64,000 nucleotides of DNA, taken from positions 64,001-128,000 of the forward strand of contig CAWBBV010000005.1 in assembly GCA_963787125.1 (NCBI GenBank), in the 5' to 3' direction. The stretch is from an uncultured delta proteobacterium. Lineage in GTDB: Bacteria; Desulfobacterota; Desulfuromonadia; Geobacterales; DSM-12255. A model generated the notes under the pieces. That model ran no database searches and was not told the origin of the DNA. It saw only the letters and a program-made list of their open reading frames with translations. Shown piece after piece: positions 9,173-19,849 of this stretch. The position numbers and the translations under genes are program-made. Numbering within the stretch: the stretch's first letter is position 1; each line of letters starts with the position of its first letter.

Positions 9173-10003
9173 TCAGATTGACACTGAAACTGTCACCTTG
9201 AAATCAGCGCTTTTCCCGCAAGGCCCCCCTTTGAGCCTCAACGGAATCATAATTGTGGCGTTGTCGAGCATAACCGGATTTCCGGCCGTTTCAACTGATA
9301 GGCCGGGGCCATCATCCCCGCAGTGATCGAAGGCTTCTTCGGGGTCAGCTGCCTGTTCTTCAGATTGGGCCGAAGGAAGATCAACTTCAGGACTACCACA
9401 AATGCTTTCCAACGAACTCTCCTGCCCCAGTTTATCCAAAACTTCCCGGGCAACAGCTTTCAACCCTTCCAGAAGTCCTTCACCGGTTGCAGCTGTCACC
9501 GGAAGAGGATTACTGTCTCCTCCGGAAAGAAGCTCAGAGCCAATGACTGCAAGCGGCAGCGCCCCCATAAGATCTCTTTTGTTGCACTGCAACGAGAAGG
9601 CAACGTCACTCAGTTTTCTGCCATAATGGGCAATAGAATCCATTAAAACAGCACAGGACTCCAGATTCCCGTACATACGGCCATCACTGGAATCAGCGAG
9701 AAGGACAACTCCGTCTGCCCCTTTTAAAAGCATTTTCCAGGGTGGCGGCGTACCTTCTGCTGCAAGTATCGTATAAACATGGAAACGTACTGCATAGCTC
9801 TCAGCTACGAGTGGCGCCGGATAGGCAAAATCAAAGAAGAGCAGCTGATGCTCGCCAATTGCCATGCTTTTAAGCTCACTGCGCCCCTCCGGCTTCAGCT
9901 TACTGTAGATATAACGAAGCGCAGTCCCCTTCCCGGCCCCTTTTGGGCCTATATAAACGATCTTTGCATTGATCTCTCTTTTTGCATCATTAACCAGTGC
10001 CAT
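9173..10003 (-). CDS. MglA-like small GTPase-fold protein (degenerate motifs)
   Basis: REINAKIVYIGPKGAGKGT, LFFDF, LLKGADGVV, QCNKRDL all resemble MglA. Confidence 0.75.
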   Translation of the reverse strand: MALVNDAKREINAKIVYIGPKGAGKGTALRYIYSKLKPEGRSELKSMAIGEHQLLFFDFAYPAPLVAESYAVRFHVYTILAAEGTPPPWKMLLKGADGVVLLADSSDGRMYGNLESCAVLMDSIAHYGRKLSDVAFSLQCNKRDLMGALPLAVIGSELLSGGDSNPLPVTAATGEGLLEGLKAVAREVLDKLGQESSLESICGSPEVDLPSAQSEEQAADPEEAFDHCGDDGPGLSVETAGNPVMLDNATIMIPLRLKGGPCGKSADFKVTVSVSI

Positions 10004-10013
10004 CAAAATACTC

Positions 10014-10850
10014 CTAACTCTTTTTCTTAGCTGACAGCATACGCCTCGCCTGATTGGCAAGCACGCTTGAAATATTTTTACTCTTCCCCATTGTTGCAAG
10101 ATCCTTTTCTATCAGGAAACTCATGAATCTGAGCGCCACGGGCAGCGGAGTCTTATGGTTCCACACCAGAGCCTTGCGGATCTCATAATTTTTTACCCAC
10201 TCTTTGTTATGGCAGATAATACGGAGGATCTCTTCATTCTGGATCACGGACTTGGAAATGGTAAGAACCTCCGGCTCAGTAATCCGCGGATTTTTTACCA
10301 CCGCACCGTTAACCAATTTATTCGAGTCCTTGATCAAAAGCGAACGCCATTCCTTGTCACCAGTGAGAGCCATCTTTATTTTTTCACCGACACCCATGAT
10401 CTGCGCCAACTGGTATTTACTCTTGAACTCCTCGGTTGCGGGCTCGTCCTCGGCCTCTTCCTCTTCTTCAACTGGGGACTCCACATCAGCCTCTTCAAGT
10501 TCCTCGTCAGACAGTTCAGATTCGTCCGGTTTCTCTGCTTCAGGAGTAATCAAAGGGGCGACCATGGGAGGGTAAAGTTTACCCAAAAGGTCATTAAGCC
10601 TCGGGTGAGTATCCGGCGAAATCGATATCGCTGTAACAAGGTCGAGCGGCAACCGCTTCATAACAGCAAGTGCCGCCCCTTTTATTTCCGGATCCTTGTC
10701 ATAGCAGAGGAAGAAAAGCAGGGTCACCCGGTCGGTGGGTGTTGCAGCAACCTCACCGCTAATTACCGAGAGTTTCCCTTCCAGCGGAGCATCAGGTCTT
10801 ATGAAGGCAGCCAGATGTGCCGAGATTTTAATGCTGACTTTTTCTGACAT
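10014..10850 (-). CDS. Conserved hypothetical protein
   Basis: 278 aa ORF with acidic linker and helical C-terminal domain (GDKEWRSLLIKDSNKLV...KNPRITE); in operon. Confidence 0.75.
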   Translation of the reverse strand: MSEKVSIKISAHLAAFIRPDAPLEGKLSVISGEVAATPTDRVTLLFFLCYDKDPEIKGAALAVMKRLPLDLVTAISISPDTHPRLNDLLGKLYPPMVAPLITPEAEKPDESELSDEELEEADVESPVEEEEEAEDEPATEEFKSKYQLAQIMGVGEKIKMALTGDKEWRSLLIKDSNKLVNGAVVKNPRITEPEVLTISKSVIQNEEILRIICHNKEWVKNYEIRKALVWNHKTPLPVALRFMSFLIEKDLATMGKSKNISSVLANQARRMLSAKKKS

Positions 10851-10856
10851 TTAAGC

Positions 10857-11864
10857 TTATTTTCCTTTTGGAACAACCGTAACTGCCAGCCCTTCACCCT
10901 TTAATCTGGCAGCAGCCTTGTCAGCTTCACTCTTTGAGGAAAACTGTCCGGCAGTTATTCTGACGGTGGAGAGCGCCAGGACAACCGGCTGAACCTGCAA
11001 GGTAACCCCTTTTGCGGATAGATCCTTTTTCTCTTTTTCGACTCGCGCCTTTGACGAGAATGATCCGGCGTAAAGATAGTATTTCCCGTCCTTCTCAATG
11101 CCAAATGCACCTTTGGCTGACTGCCTGAGCTTGTCGAGCTCCGCCGAATAAACGTCATAATCGGTGTACGCACCGTAGAAGAGCCTGTTCATCTGCGTGC
11201 TCTTTTTCTTCTCATACCGGGTGACCGGTTTTATAGCCAGCTTGGCAATCTTTGCTTCTGCCGCAGCGGTCTCTTCTCCGGCGGGGAACTCTCCGGCAAA
11301 GATAGTGTATGCTTCAGGCTTCTTCCTGGTGACAGGCTTGTCAACAGCAGCAGGAGTTTTTACCGCTTTTGGCTCCTCTTTCTTTGGCGCTGGCGGGGCG
11401 GCTGGTTTTGCCGCCTCTTTTTTCTCCGGTGCAGCCGCTTCTTTTTTCGGCGCAGGAGGAGCCGCTACCGGTTTCGCCGCTGCCTGGGGCGCAGCTGGAG
11501 CAGGCTTGGCAACAGGCGGAGGCTGCACTGCAACCGGCGCAGGTACGACTGCCGGCTTGGCAGCAACCGGTACAGCTACAGGGGCTGTCACAGGCTTTGC
11601 TTCTTCAGCCTTTTTAGCAACAGTCGCGGACCCTGGAGGCTGGGCTGACGGCTTCGGCGGCATACTCTGCTTAATCTCCGGAGCCCCTGCCGGAGCAACA
11701 ACCGGCGGCGCTTCATGAGTGACTATCAGGCTAGTGAAAAAATATAGATAGGCAAATCCGCCCAGAAGGATCAACAGGACTAGGAGTGCCCCCCTGTTAT
11801 TTGCAGGACTTTCTTTTTCCTGATCGTCATATTCGGCTGAAGACTTCTTTTTAAAGAGGCTCAC
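10857..11864 (-). CDS. SPOR-domain membrane-anchored protein
   Basis: N-terminal TM, Pro/Ala/Lys linker, C-terminal SPOR-like segments (YLYAGSFSSKARVE, AGQFSSKSEADKAAARL). Confidence 0.8.
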   Translation of the reverse strand: MSLFKKKSSAEYDDQEKESPANNRGALLVLLILLGGFAYLYFFTSLIVTHEAPPVVAPAGAPEIKQSMPPKPSAQPPGSATVAKKAEEAKPVTAPVAVPVAAKPAVVPAPVAVQPPPVAKPAPAAPQAAAKPVAAPPAPKKEAAAPEKKEAAKPAAPPAPKKEEPKAVKTPAAVDKPVTRKKPEAYTIFAGEFPAGEETAAAEAKIAKLAIKPVTRYEKKKSTQMNRLFYGAYTDYDVYSAELDKLRQSAKGAFGIEKDGKYYLYAGSFSSKARVEKEKKDLSAKGVTLQVQPVVLALSTVRITAGQFSSKSEADKAAARLKGEGLAVTVVPKGK

Positions 11865-11897
11865 TTTGCTTTCTCCTTTTCAACTCACTAAAATATT

Positions 11898-13982
11898 TCA
11901 GCAACCTTTTGCAGCAGTCACCTCTGCAATTACCTTCTGCATCAGATGGGATGGCACTTCTTCATAATGGGAAAACTCCATACTGAAAAGACCCCGGTCA
12001 CTGGTCATGGAGCGCAGATCGTTGGAGTAGGCCAGCACCTCTGACATCGGCACGACTGTGCGGATGATCTGGGAGTTGGCTTTTGGTTCAACACCGATAA
12101 CTTTGCCGCGACGGGAGTTAATATCGCCGATAACATCGCCCATATTTTCGTCCGGAACGGTAATTTTCACATTCATTATCGGCTCAAGCAGTACCGGCTT
12201 GCAGGATTCCATCGCCTTCTTGAATGCCATTGAGCCAGCGATCTTGAACGCCATCTCCGAAGAGTCAACCGTGTGGAATGAACCGTCGTAAAGGGCAACC
12301 TTGAAATCAACCACCGGATAACCGGCGAGAAAGCCGTCAACGGACGCCTCCTGAATACCCTTGTCAACCGCCGGGATATACTGTCTGGGGACAACGCCGC
12401 CGACAATTTTGTCTTCAAAGAGGTAACCTTCGCCTCGCGGCATGGGACTCATCTCGATCCAGCAATCGCCGTACTGACCGCGCCCGCCGGACTGCTTCTT
12501 GTATTTACCCTGGACCTTGACACTACTGCGGATTGTCTCAAGGTAAGGGATCTTGGGCGTCTTGAGCAGGACTTCAACATTGAATTTACGTTTAAGCTTC
12601 TCGACAATGACATCAAGATGTACCTGCCCCATTCCGGAGATGATAAACTCCTTGGTCTGATCGTCCCGGTGCGACTCCAGAGTCGGCTCCTCTTCGATCA
12701 TCTTATGGAGGGCGCCATGAATTTTGTCCTCATCGTTCTTGGTTTTCGGCTCGATGGCATAGGAAATTACCGGTTTAAGCAGCGGGGCCGGCTCAAAGAG
12801 GATCGGTTTGGCGGCATCGCAGAGAGTATCTCCGGTAACGGTCTCCTTGAGTTTGGCAACAGCAACGATATCGCCGGCAACAGCCTGCTTGATTGCTTTC
12901 TGCTTCTTCCCTTCAAGCTCGTAGATCTGCCCGATCCGCTCATCAACACCTTTGGACGAGTTGTAGATTGTAGAGTCCGAGTTGAGAACCCCGGAGTAGA
13001 CCCGAAAGATTGAGATCTTGCCGGTGTAAGGGTCGGACGTGGTCTTGAATACCAGCGCCGAGAACGGTTCTGATTCCAGCGGAGCGCGCTCTTCAAGAGC
13101 CTGGATCTTCGGGCTGACGCCGACAGCCTTGGTCCGGTCGAGAGGCGACGGCAGGTAGGCGCAGATCGCATCCAGCAGCTGTTTCACCCCGATATTGGCG
13201 GTGGCGGAGCCGCAGAGGACGACAGTGAAGGTGTTTCTGATCGTTCCGACTCTCAGACCGTCCAGGATCTCTTCTTCGGTCAGGTCACCGGCTTCCAGGT
13301 ATTTTTCGGTCAGCGCATCATACGCTTCGGCAACGGTTTCAACCATCTGCTCGCGCAACCGGGTCGCATCGTCAAGATACTCAGCCGGGATAGCAATCTC
13401 TGTATAGGTACCGGAACGATCCTTCAGATAGCGGTACGCTTTCATTTTGATAAGATCGATAACCCCTTCAAAACCGTCCTCAATACCGAGAGGTATCTGG
13501 ACGGCGACCCCTCGCGCCTTGAGCGCCTTTTCCATATCGTCGATTGCCCGGAAGAAGTTGGCACGTTCCCGGTCGAGCTTGTTGACAAAGGCGATTCGAG
13601 GGATTTCGAACTCGTTTGCCCAGGCCCATACCTCTTCAGTCTGCACCTTTACCCCGGAAATAGAAGAGAGGATAATGACCGCGCAGTCCAGCGTTCTCAT
13701 GCAGGCACGGGTGTCAGCAATAAAATCACCGTAGCCAGGGGTGTCGACAAGATGAATGGAATAGTCATTCCAGTCGCAGTGATCAAGGGAAGAGGTTATG
13801 GAGATCTTCCGCTTTATCTCTTCCGGCTCGAAATCCATCGTGGACGTGCCGTCATCAACCCTTCCCAACCGGTCAATCATCCCGGTGTCAAACAGGATAG
13901 CCTCTGAGAGCGAGGTCTTGCCTGCGCCTCCGTGAGCGATGATACCCAGATTACGGATCTTTGCAGTGTCGTACTTTCCCAT
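11898..13982 (-). CDS. fusA: Elongation factor G paralog (EF-G2-like)
   Basis: AHGGAGKTS, DTPG, NKLD, GMGQVHL, KQSGGRGQYG, VDSSEMAF; not adjacent to rpsG/tuf. Confidence 0.93.
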   Translation of the reverse strand: MGKYDTAKIRNLGIIAHGGAGKTSLSEAILFDTGMIDRLGRVDDGTSTMDFEPEEIKRKISITSSLDHCDWNDYSIHLVDTPGYGDFIADTRACMRTLDCAVIILSSISGVKVQTEEVWAWANEFEIPRIAFVNKLDRERANFFRAIDDMEKALKARGVAVQIPLGIEDGFEGVIDLIKMKAYRYLKDRSGTYTEIAIPAEYLDDATRLREQMVETVAEAYDALTEKYLEAGDLTEEEILDGLRVGTIRNTFTVVLCGSATANIGVKQLLDAICAYLPSPLDRTKAVGVSPKIQALEERAPLESEPFSALVFKTTSDPYTGKISIFRVYSGVLNSDSTIYNSSKGVDERIGQIYELEGKKQKAIKQAVAGDIVAVAKLKETVTGDTLCDAAKPILFEPAPLLKPVISYAIEPKTKNDEDKIHGALHKMIEEEPTLESHRDDQTKEFIISGMGQVHLDVIVEKLKRKFNVEVLLKTPKIPYLETIRSSVKVQGKYKKQSGGRGQYGDCWIEMSPMPRGEGYLFEDKIVGGVVPRQYIPAVDKGIQEASVDGFLAGYPVVDFKVALYDGSFHTVDSSEMAFKIAGSMAFKKAMESCKPVLLEPIMNVKITVPDENMGDVIGDINSRRGKVIGVEPKANSQIIRTVVPMSEVLAYSNDLRSMTSDRGLFSMEFSHYEEVPSHLMQKVIAEVTAAKGC

Positions 13983-14046
13983 GATACCCCCTCTTTAAGT
14001 TTGGAAACAGGGCAGAACTCCTCTCAAACGGGGGAGCTGACCTGTG

Positions 14047-14820
14047 CTACAGACTTTCACAGTTGCGACCGTAGAGAATCCTTAGCCCGTCAAGGGTAAG
14101 AAACTCCTCGATCTTATCAATGGTACGCGATTCGGGGGCAATAACCCCTGCCAGCCCTCCGGTCGCAATTACAACCGGGTTTTCCCGGCACTCTGCCTTC
14201 ATTCTGGTCACAATTTCGTCCACAAGACCGACGTAACCGTAATATATCCCTGCCTGCATGGAATTGACAGTATTCGTAGCCACCAGCTGCGGCGGCTTGA
14301 GAATCTCCACCCGCGGCAACTTGCTCGCCTTCTGAAAAAGAGCCTCCATGGAGATCATCAAGCCCGGAGCTATGGCTCCGCCGCAGAACTCTCCCTCTTT
14401 ATTAACAACATCGAAAGTAGTGGCAGTGCCAAAATCGACAATAATGAGGGCAGATCTGTATTTCTCAAAGCCGGCAACCGCATTGACGATGCGATCAGCC
14501 CCGACCTCAGCGGGATTATCATAACGGCTCACCATACCGGTCTTGATACCCGGTCCGACGATAACAGGTTTGAGGCTGAAATACTGCCGGGAAAGTTTCT
14601 CCAACAGCCCGGTCAGCGCCGGGACAACCGAAGAGATGATAATCCCTTTAACATCCTCGAACGGAATGGCGGCAAGCCTGAAAAGATCGTGAACAAGGAC
14701 CGCGTACTCATCGGTCGTTCTGGTCCTGTCTGTTGAAATCCGCCAGGTTTTCAACAGGAGGGTCCCATCGTAAACACCCAGCACAATGTTACTGTTGCCG
14801 ACATCAATTACAAGCAGCAA
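14047..14820 (-). CDS. coaX: Type III pantothenate kinase
   Basis: [29 protein letters not shown] start with GGAGGTG RBS. Confidence 0.93.
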   Translation of the reverse strand: MLLVIDVGNSNIVLGVYDGTLLLKTWRISTDRTRTTDEYAVLVHDLFRLAAIPFEDVKGIIISSVVPALTGLLEKLSRQYFSLKPVIVGPGIKTGMVSRYDNPAEVGADRIVNAVAGFEKYRSALIIVDFGTATTFDVVNKEGEFCGGAIAPGLMISMEALFQKASKLPRVEILKPPQLVATNTVNSMQAGIYYGYVGLVDEIVTRMKAECRENPVVIATGGLAGVIAPESRTIDKIEEFLTLDGLRILYGRNCESL

Positions 14821-15820
14821 TATCACCTCCGATGACGACATCTCCGGAAAGGATCTGTTCGCCTGAATCCAGAAGCAGCGCCCCGTATTCATCAATTCCT
14901 GCCACCCTGCCGGTTTTAACCTTGTCATGATCCGTCACCGTCACAAGGACACCGGCAAGCCTGCTTCTCTCCAGCCACTCTTTTCTCGCCGGTGCGTACC
15001 CCTCCCGGAGAAAGGTCGCATAAAGGTCATCCAGTTCCTGCAGCAGTATCCGGGTAAAAGCAGTACGGTCAACCTTCTTACCCGTTTCTATAAACAGTGA
15101 AGTCGCCGGATGACGGAGATCTTCCGGAAACTGCACTAAGCTCATGTTCAGGTTAACACCAATTCCCAGGATCACAAAATTAACCTTGTCAGTTTCGGCA
15201 CTCATCTCATTGAGGAGACCGGCAACCTTTTTCCCCTCGATCAGGATATCGTTGGGCCATTTGATCCGGGCCTGCAGGGGGGTAAGTTGCTCAATCGTCC
15301 GGGCTACCGCAATTACCGAGAGAAAAGTCAGCTGCGGGGCGGCAACCGGCTGAATCGGCGGACGCAGGATAACGGAACAGTAAAGGTTCACCCCCGCCGG
15401 AGACGCCCACTTCCGGCCGAGCCTCCCTTTGCCGCCACTCTGGCACTCCGCAATAACGACACTCCCCTCTTCGGCCCCCTCATCAGCCATTTTAAAGGCA
15501 ACGGCGTTGGTTGAAACCGTTGCAGACAGAGAGATTATCTTTCTGCCGATCCGCAGGCTCTTGAGCAGATGACTGACAGAAGAAGCATGGAGGCTGTCAG
15601 GCGACGCAAGGAGCTTGTACCCGCGCGAAGCTTCGGCACTGATGGTGAACCCGAGCGCCCGCAGTGAGCTTATCTGCTTCCAGACAGCACTGCGGGAAAC
15701 ATTCAGCTGCCGGCTGAGCTCTTCGCCGGAGATGAAGGCGGTGTCTGACTCATAAAGAAGCGCGAGAATCTTTCCGGCACTTTCTGAACAGACGTTGGCG
15801 CCGTGCGGAGATTCGCTCAA
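14804..15820 (-). CDS. birA: Bifunctional biotin--acetyl-CoA-carboxylase ligase/repressor
   Basis: N-terminal HTH ([18 protein letters not shown]), [20 protein letters not shown]. Confidence 0.93.
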   Translation of the reverse strand: MSESPHGANVCSESAGKILALLYESDTAFISGEELSRQLNVSRSAVWKQISSLRALGFTISAEASRGYKLLASPDSLHASSVSHLLKSLRIGRKIISLSATVSTNAVAFKMADEGAEEGSVVIAECQSGGKGRLGRKWASPAGVNLYCSVILRPPIQPVAAPQLTFLSVIAVARTIEQLTPLQARIKWPNDILIEGKKVAGLLNEMSAETDKVNFVILGIGVNLNMSLVQFPEDLRHPATSLFIETGKKVDRTAFTRILLQELDDLYATFLREGYAPARKEWLERSRLAGVLVTVTDHDKVKTGRVAGIDEYGALLLDSGEQILSGDVVIGGDIAACN

Positions 15821-16647
15821 GCACCCTCCAAAAGCATTGAGATATCCATGGATGGCGCCGAATGGGTCAGGGCTCCCACAGAGATGATATCGACTCCGGT
15901 TGCGGCAATCCCTCTGACAGTAGTCAGGTTAACCCCTCCGGAAGCCTCAACCGTAGCCTGCCCGGCAATGATGGCAACAGCTTTTGTCATGGTTTCAATA
16001 TCCATATTATCAAGCATGATGATATCGGCGCCGGCGGCAAGCGCAGCTTGCACATCAGTCAGAGACTCGGTTTCGATTTCTATTTTCAGGGTATGGGGAA
16101 TATATGCCCTGGCGCGGCGGATCGCCTCACCAATGCCGCCGGCCGCGGCAATATGGTTCTCCTTGATAAGAACGCCGTCATACAGACCGGTGCGGTGATT
16201 AATGCCGCCACCGACCCGGACCGCATATTTTTCCAGGATGCGCAGACCGGGCGTGGTTTTACGGGTATCAACGATCCGCACCTTTGTCCCCGCAACAGCG
16301 CGAACATATCTGGATGTCAGAGTAGCAACACCGGACATCCGCTGCATGAGATTGAGAGCAACCCGCTCCCCCTGAAGCAGCAGCGAAGCGTCACCGGACA
16401 TTTCGGCTATCACCGTGCCTGCAGACACAAAATCGCCGTCAGCACAACGGGGCGTAAAAACAGAGTCATTGTCCAAAAGCGCGAAAACCCTGGCAGCAAC
16501 ATCCAGACCGCAAACGATCATATCCTCTTTTGCTTTCAGGATGCCGGCTATCCTGCCTTTCTTCAGCTGCAGCGCCTGGGTAGTGATATCGCCGGTATGA
16601 ATATCTTCGGCCAATGCATTTTTGATTATCCTGTCAATCTGTTGCAT
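15817..16647 (-). CDS. nadC: Nicotinate-nucleotide pyrophosphorylase (quinolinate PRTase)
   Basis: DTRKTTPG, HRTGLYD, IKENH, MLDNM, EASGG. Confidence 0.95.
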   Translation of the reverse strand: MQQIDRIIKNALAEDIHTGDITTQALQLKKGRIAGILKAKEDMIVCGLDVAARVFALLDNDSVFTPRCADGDFVSAGTVIAEMSGDASLLLQGERVALNLMQRMSGVATLTSRYVRAVAGTKVRIVDTRKTTPGLRILEKYAVRVGGGINHRTGLYDGVLIKENHIAAAGGIGEAIRRARAYIPHTLKIEIETESLTDVQAALAAGADIIMLDNMDIETMTKAVAIIAGQATVEASGGVNLTTVRGIAATGVDIISVGALTHSAPSMDISMLLEGA

Positions 16648-16745
16648 TTGAACTCTCTCCTCAACAATTTCCCAAAAGTTGTATAACACATGAACAAATG
16701 TGCCGCAATCGCTAACAAAAGCGCACTGAAAATATGGATTTAAGA

Positions 16746-16774
16746 TTGACGCTCCAGAGGTGGATGTGTATATT
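16746..16774 (+). promoter_or_regulatory. sigma70-type promoter of the dodecaheme cytochrome gene
   Basis: TTGACG-N17-TATATT about 50 nt upstream of ATG 16823. Confidence 0.55.
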
Positions 16775-16822
16775 ATCTCCTCTTAGCCCCCTTAATCTAT
16801 TCCAACATTTGAGGAGTGATAT

Positions 16823-17842
16823 ATGAAACTGTGCCGTTTTCTGTTGTTAGCCTTAGTCCTGCTGCTCCCTGTTGTCTCACAGGCCAAGGAGACAAAGGAC
16901 ATATCCTTCCCTTTTAAAAACGCTGAACCGGTTGTCTTCAGCCACGATTTCCACCTGGAAAAATACAATAATAACTGCCGCATCTGCCACAATGCCATCT
17001 TTAACATAAAGCAGAAAAAGAAGTACACCATGGCAGACATGGAGAAGACGAAATCGTGCGGCGCCTGCCACTCAGGGATCAAGGCATTTAGCGTCAAGGA
17101 CGAAAAACAGTGCACCAAATGCCATAAAGGCAAACCGAGAACCGTAACCTTCAAAGTGAAGGGCGCCCCTGAAGTAGCCTTCAGCCACGATGTCCATGTG
17201 GGGAAAGCCGGACTTTCCTGCCGCAGCTGTCATGACGGCAAGATTATCACCGGCACTGATCACAATGTGACCATGGCCCAGATGGAAAAAGGGAAGACCT
17301 GCGGCGCCTGTCATAATGGCAAGAAAGCCTTTACTGTTGCCGGCAACTGTGGCAACTGCCATAAAGGGATGAAGCCACGCGAAATAACCTTCAAACTCAA
17401 AGGTGTGACTGATGCGGTTTTCAGCCACCAGGTTCATATCGGCATGTTTAAATGCCCTGACTGCCATACAAAAACCTTCCCCTATAAAGCAGGCGCACTC
17501 AAAGCGACCATGGCCAGCATGGAGAAAGGCAAGTCGTGCGGCACCTGCCACAATGGCAAGGACGCCTTTACTGTCGCCGGCGAGTGCGACAAATGCCACA
17601 AAGGTTACAAGCCGGCCAACATTCTCTTTAAGACTGATGGGGGCGAGGCCAACTTCAGCCACGAATTCCACCTCGGCATGTACAAATGCGCCGACTGCCA
17701 CACCAAGATCTTCCCTTTCAAAGCCGGCGCGCTCAAAGCAACCATGGGCGACATGGACAAGGGTAAATCCTGCGGCGCCTGCCACAACGGCAAGGACGCT
17801 TTCATAGCTTCCGGCGACTGCATCAAATGCCATAAGATGTAA
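16823..17842 (+). CDS. Periplasmic dodecaheme cytochrome c, four tandem c7-type domains (GSU1996-like)
   Basis: Signal peptide; 12 CxxCH in four repeats FSH..H..CxxCH..TMxxMxKxKxCGxCH..CxxCH. Confidence 0.9.
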   Translation: MKLCRFLLLALVLLLPVVSQAKETKDISFPFKNAEPVVFSHDFHLEKYNNNCRICHNAIFNIKQKKKYTMADMEKTKSCGACHSGIKAFSVKDEKQCTKCHKGKPRTVTFKVKGAPEVAFSHDVHVGKAGLSCRSCHDGKIITGTDHNVTMAQMEKGKTCGACHNGKKAFTVAGNCGNCHKGMKPREITFKLKGVTDAVFSHQVHIGMFKCPDCHTKTFPYKAGALKATMASMEKGKSCGTCHNGKDAFTVAGECDKCHKGYKPANILFKTDGGEANFSHEFHLGMYKCADCHTKIFPFKAGALKATMGDMDKGKSCGACHNGKDAFIASGDCIKCHKM

Positions 17843-17857
17843 GTTGCAGTTACATAC

Positions 17858-17901
17858 AGAAACAGAGAAAGGCGGCCGATTGGCCGCCTTTCTCTGTTTC
17901 T
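17858..17901. terminator. Bidirectional intrinsic terminator / repeated palindrome
   Basis: Perfect 20-bp stem AGAAACAGAGAAAGGCGGCC-GATT-GGCCGCCTTTCTCTGTTTCT between convergent genes. Confidence 0.85.
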
Positions 17902-17934
17902 ACGGGAAGTTTTTATTGCTTACAGCCGCCTTAA

Positions 17935-19653
17935 CTAAAGCCGCCCCGAGCGGATAATCGAAACTATAAGCCAGAGCCCGAGCACTGCGGCGCAGCCGAA
18001 AACAAAGAACCCCAGCACTGAAAAGCCGTAGACCGAAGGACCGACCTTCAAAGCATGCATGATGGCGGAGCTGAGGAGGGTGGCGCTGATGATCATCGCC
18101 ACAGCAATGCGGTTACTGGAACGGTCAACATCCCGCGCCAGCTGATCGAGCCCCTTGATGGAAAATTTCAGGTTAAAATCGTCCCTGATAACCTTGCTCA
18201 TGATCCGTTTCAGCTGCATCGGCAAGAGCTTGATAAACTCCGCCCCCTCGTGCAGATGTTTAATGGTCTTTTTGGCGATCCGCTGAGGATTGCTACCGTC
18301 ACTGGCCATTTTATCCAGGTATGGCCGTGACACTGAGACTATATCGAAGTCCGGATCAAGGGTGGTGCCGACCCCCTGAATAAGGAGCAGCGCCTTGTGG
18401 ATCAGGAGAAGGTCGGACGGGACCTTCATCTTGTGCTTGATAATCACCTTCAGAACCGTGCCGAGGTACTCGCCGAAATCCACTTCATTCAGAGGGACTC
18501 CGTGCAGCGGTTCCATGAAATCGGCAAGATCCTCCTTGAAGTCCCGCCGGTAAGTGTCGATATCCACATCTTCCGGGATAAAACCCATCTCCACGTGCTG
18601 ATCCACCAGCAGATCGAAATCGCGGGTAATGAAGGCGAGGAAAATATTCACCAGGATCGCCTTCAGCTCGTCGGTAACCGTACCGCACATGCCGAAGTCA
18701 AGGAAACCGATATCGCCGTTCTCCGTCACCAGAAGGTTGCCTGGATGGGGGTCGGCATGAAAGAAGCCGTCTTCCAGAACGCTCTTGAAATAGGCGTTGA
18801 CGCCAATCTGGGCAAGGCGCTTGCGGTCGAGGCCCATGGCGGTTATCTCGTCCAGGTCATCAATCCTCACCCCCCGGATCCGCTCCATCACCAGAATCTT
18901 GTCTGTAGTAAATTCATTGTACAGGCGGGGAATCCTGACTCCGGGAAAATCCTGGAACAGCCGGCGGAAGCGGATACAGTTCCGCCCTTCATCGCGGAAG
19001 TTCAACTCTTTGCGAATGGTCTTCTGAAACTCCACCACAATACCGACCGGATTGAGGAAGCGGCTCTCGGGCAGATGGCTCTCGATCAGCCGGGCCACAG
19101 TGAAAAGAATTTCGATGTCAGTTTCGATCTGGGCGGCAATATCAGGACGCTGTACCTTGACGATAACCTCCGTGCCGTCAAGAAGCGTGGCGGTATGCAC
19201 CTGACCGATGGAAGCCGCCGCTATCGGAGCCAGATTAAACTCCAGAAATATCTCTCCAGACGACAGGTTCAACTCCTCCTCAATGATCCGCAGCGCCGTC
19301 TCGCCGGGAAAGGGGGGCACCTGATCCTGCAGCTTCTGAAATTCGCTGGCAAAGCGGATGGGGACCATATCGGGGCGGGAGGCAATCACCTGGGCAAGCT
19401 TGATGAAGGTTGGCCCCAGCTCCGCAAACGCCGTCCTCAGCCGCTGCGGGGCAAAGGGACCACGGAGAACATTCGGCCAGCTGCGAAAAGCATTGAGCCT
19501 TTTGGTAAAGGGGATAAAGTTGCCGAGATGGAGCTGGTCGATGAGGTTGCCGAAACCGTGACTCAAAAAGACATTGACGATCTCCTTGAGCCGGCGGGCA
19601 ATACGGTAGTTTTTGGACAGCTGGAATATGCTCAAAAGGTAACTCCTTGCCAC
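17935..19653 (-). CDS. ubiB: ABC1/AarF/UbiB family atypical kinase
   Basis: LGPTFIKLAQ, AAASIGQVH, VKVQRP, FFHADPHPGN, LDFG; C-terminal TMs. Confidence 0.88.
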   Translation of the reverse strand: MARSYLLSIFQLSKNYRIARRLKEIVNVFLSHGFGNLIDQLHLGNFIPFTKRLNAFRSWPNVLRGPFAPQRLRTAFAELGPTFIKLAQVIASRPDMVPIRFASEFQKLQDQVPPFPGETALRIIEEELNLSSGEIFLEFNLAPIAAASIGQVHTATLLDGTEVIVKVQRPDIAAQIETDIEILFTVARLIESHLPESRFLNPVGIVVEFQKTIRKELNFRDEGRNCIRFRRLFQDFPGVRIPRLYNEFTTDKILVMERIRGVRIDDLDEITAMGLDRKRLAQIGVNAYFKSVLEDGFFHADPHPGNLLVTENGDIGFLDFGMCGTVTDELKAILVNIFLAFITRDFDLLVDQHVEMGFIPEDVDIDTYRRDFKEDLADFMEPLHGVPLNEVDFGEYLGTVLKVIIKHKMKVPSDLLLIHKALLLIQGVGTTLDPDFDIVSVSRPYLDKMASDGSNPQRIAKKTIKHLHEGAEFIKLLPMQLKRIMSKVIRDDFNLKFSIKGLDQLARDVDRSSNRIAVAMIISATLLSSAIMHALKVGPSVYGFSVLGFFVFGCAAVLGLWLIVSIIRSGRL

Positions 19654-19849
19654 GAAGTATGCTGCCTGTTACGGGGATACGTCGGCTAATCCGCAAACAA
19701 ATTTAAATAAGACATGCTTGATTTTATTGAATCAGGTAACTGCTGAGAACACAGCGGCGGCGGATTTTGCCGTCTGTTGCTGCGATTGTTGAACCTTTCA
19801 TCTGTTATCATATATTTTATTGCGAGTACTTGAGATAAGTGGCAGGTGG

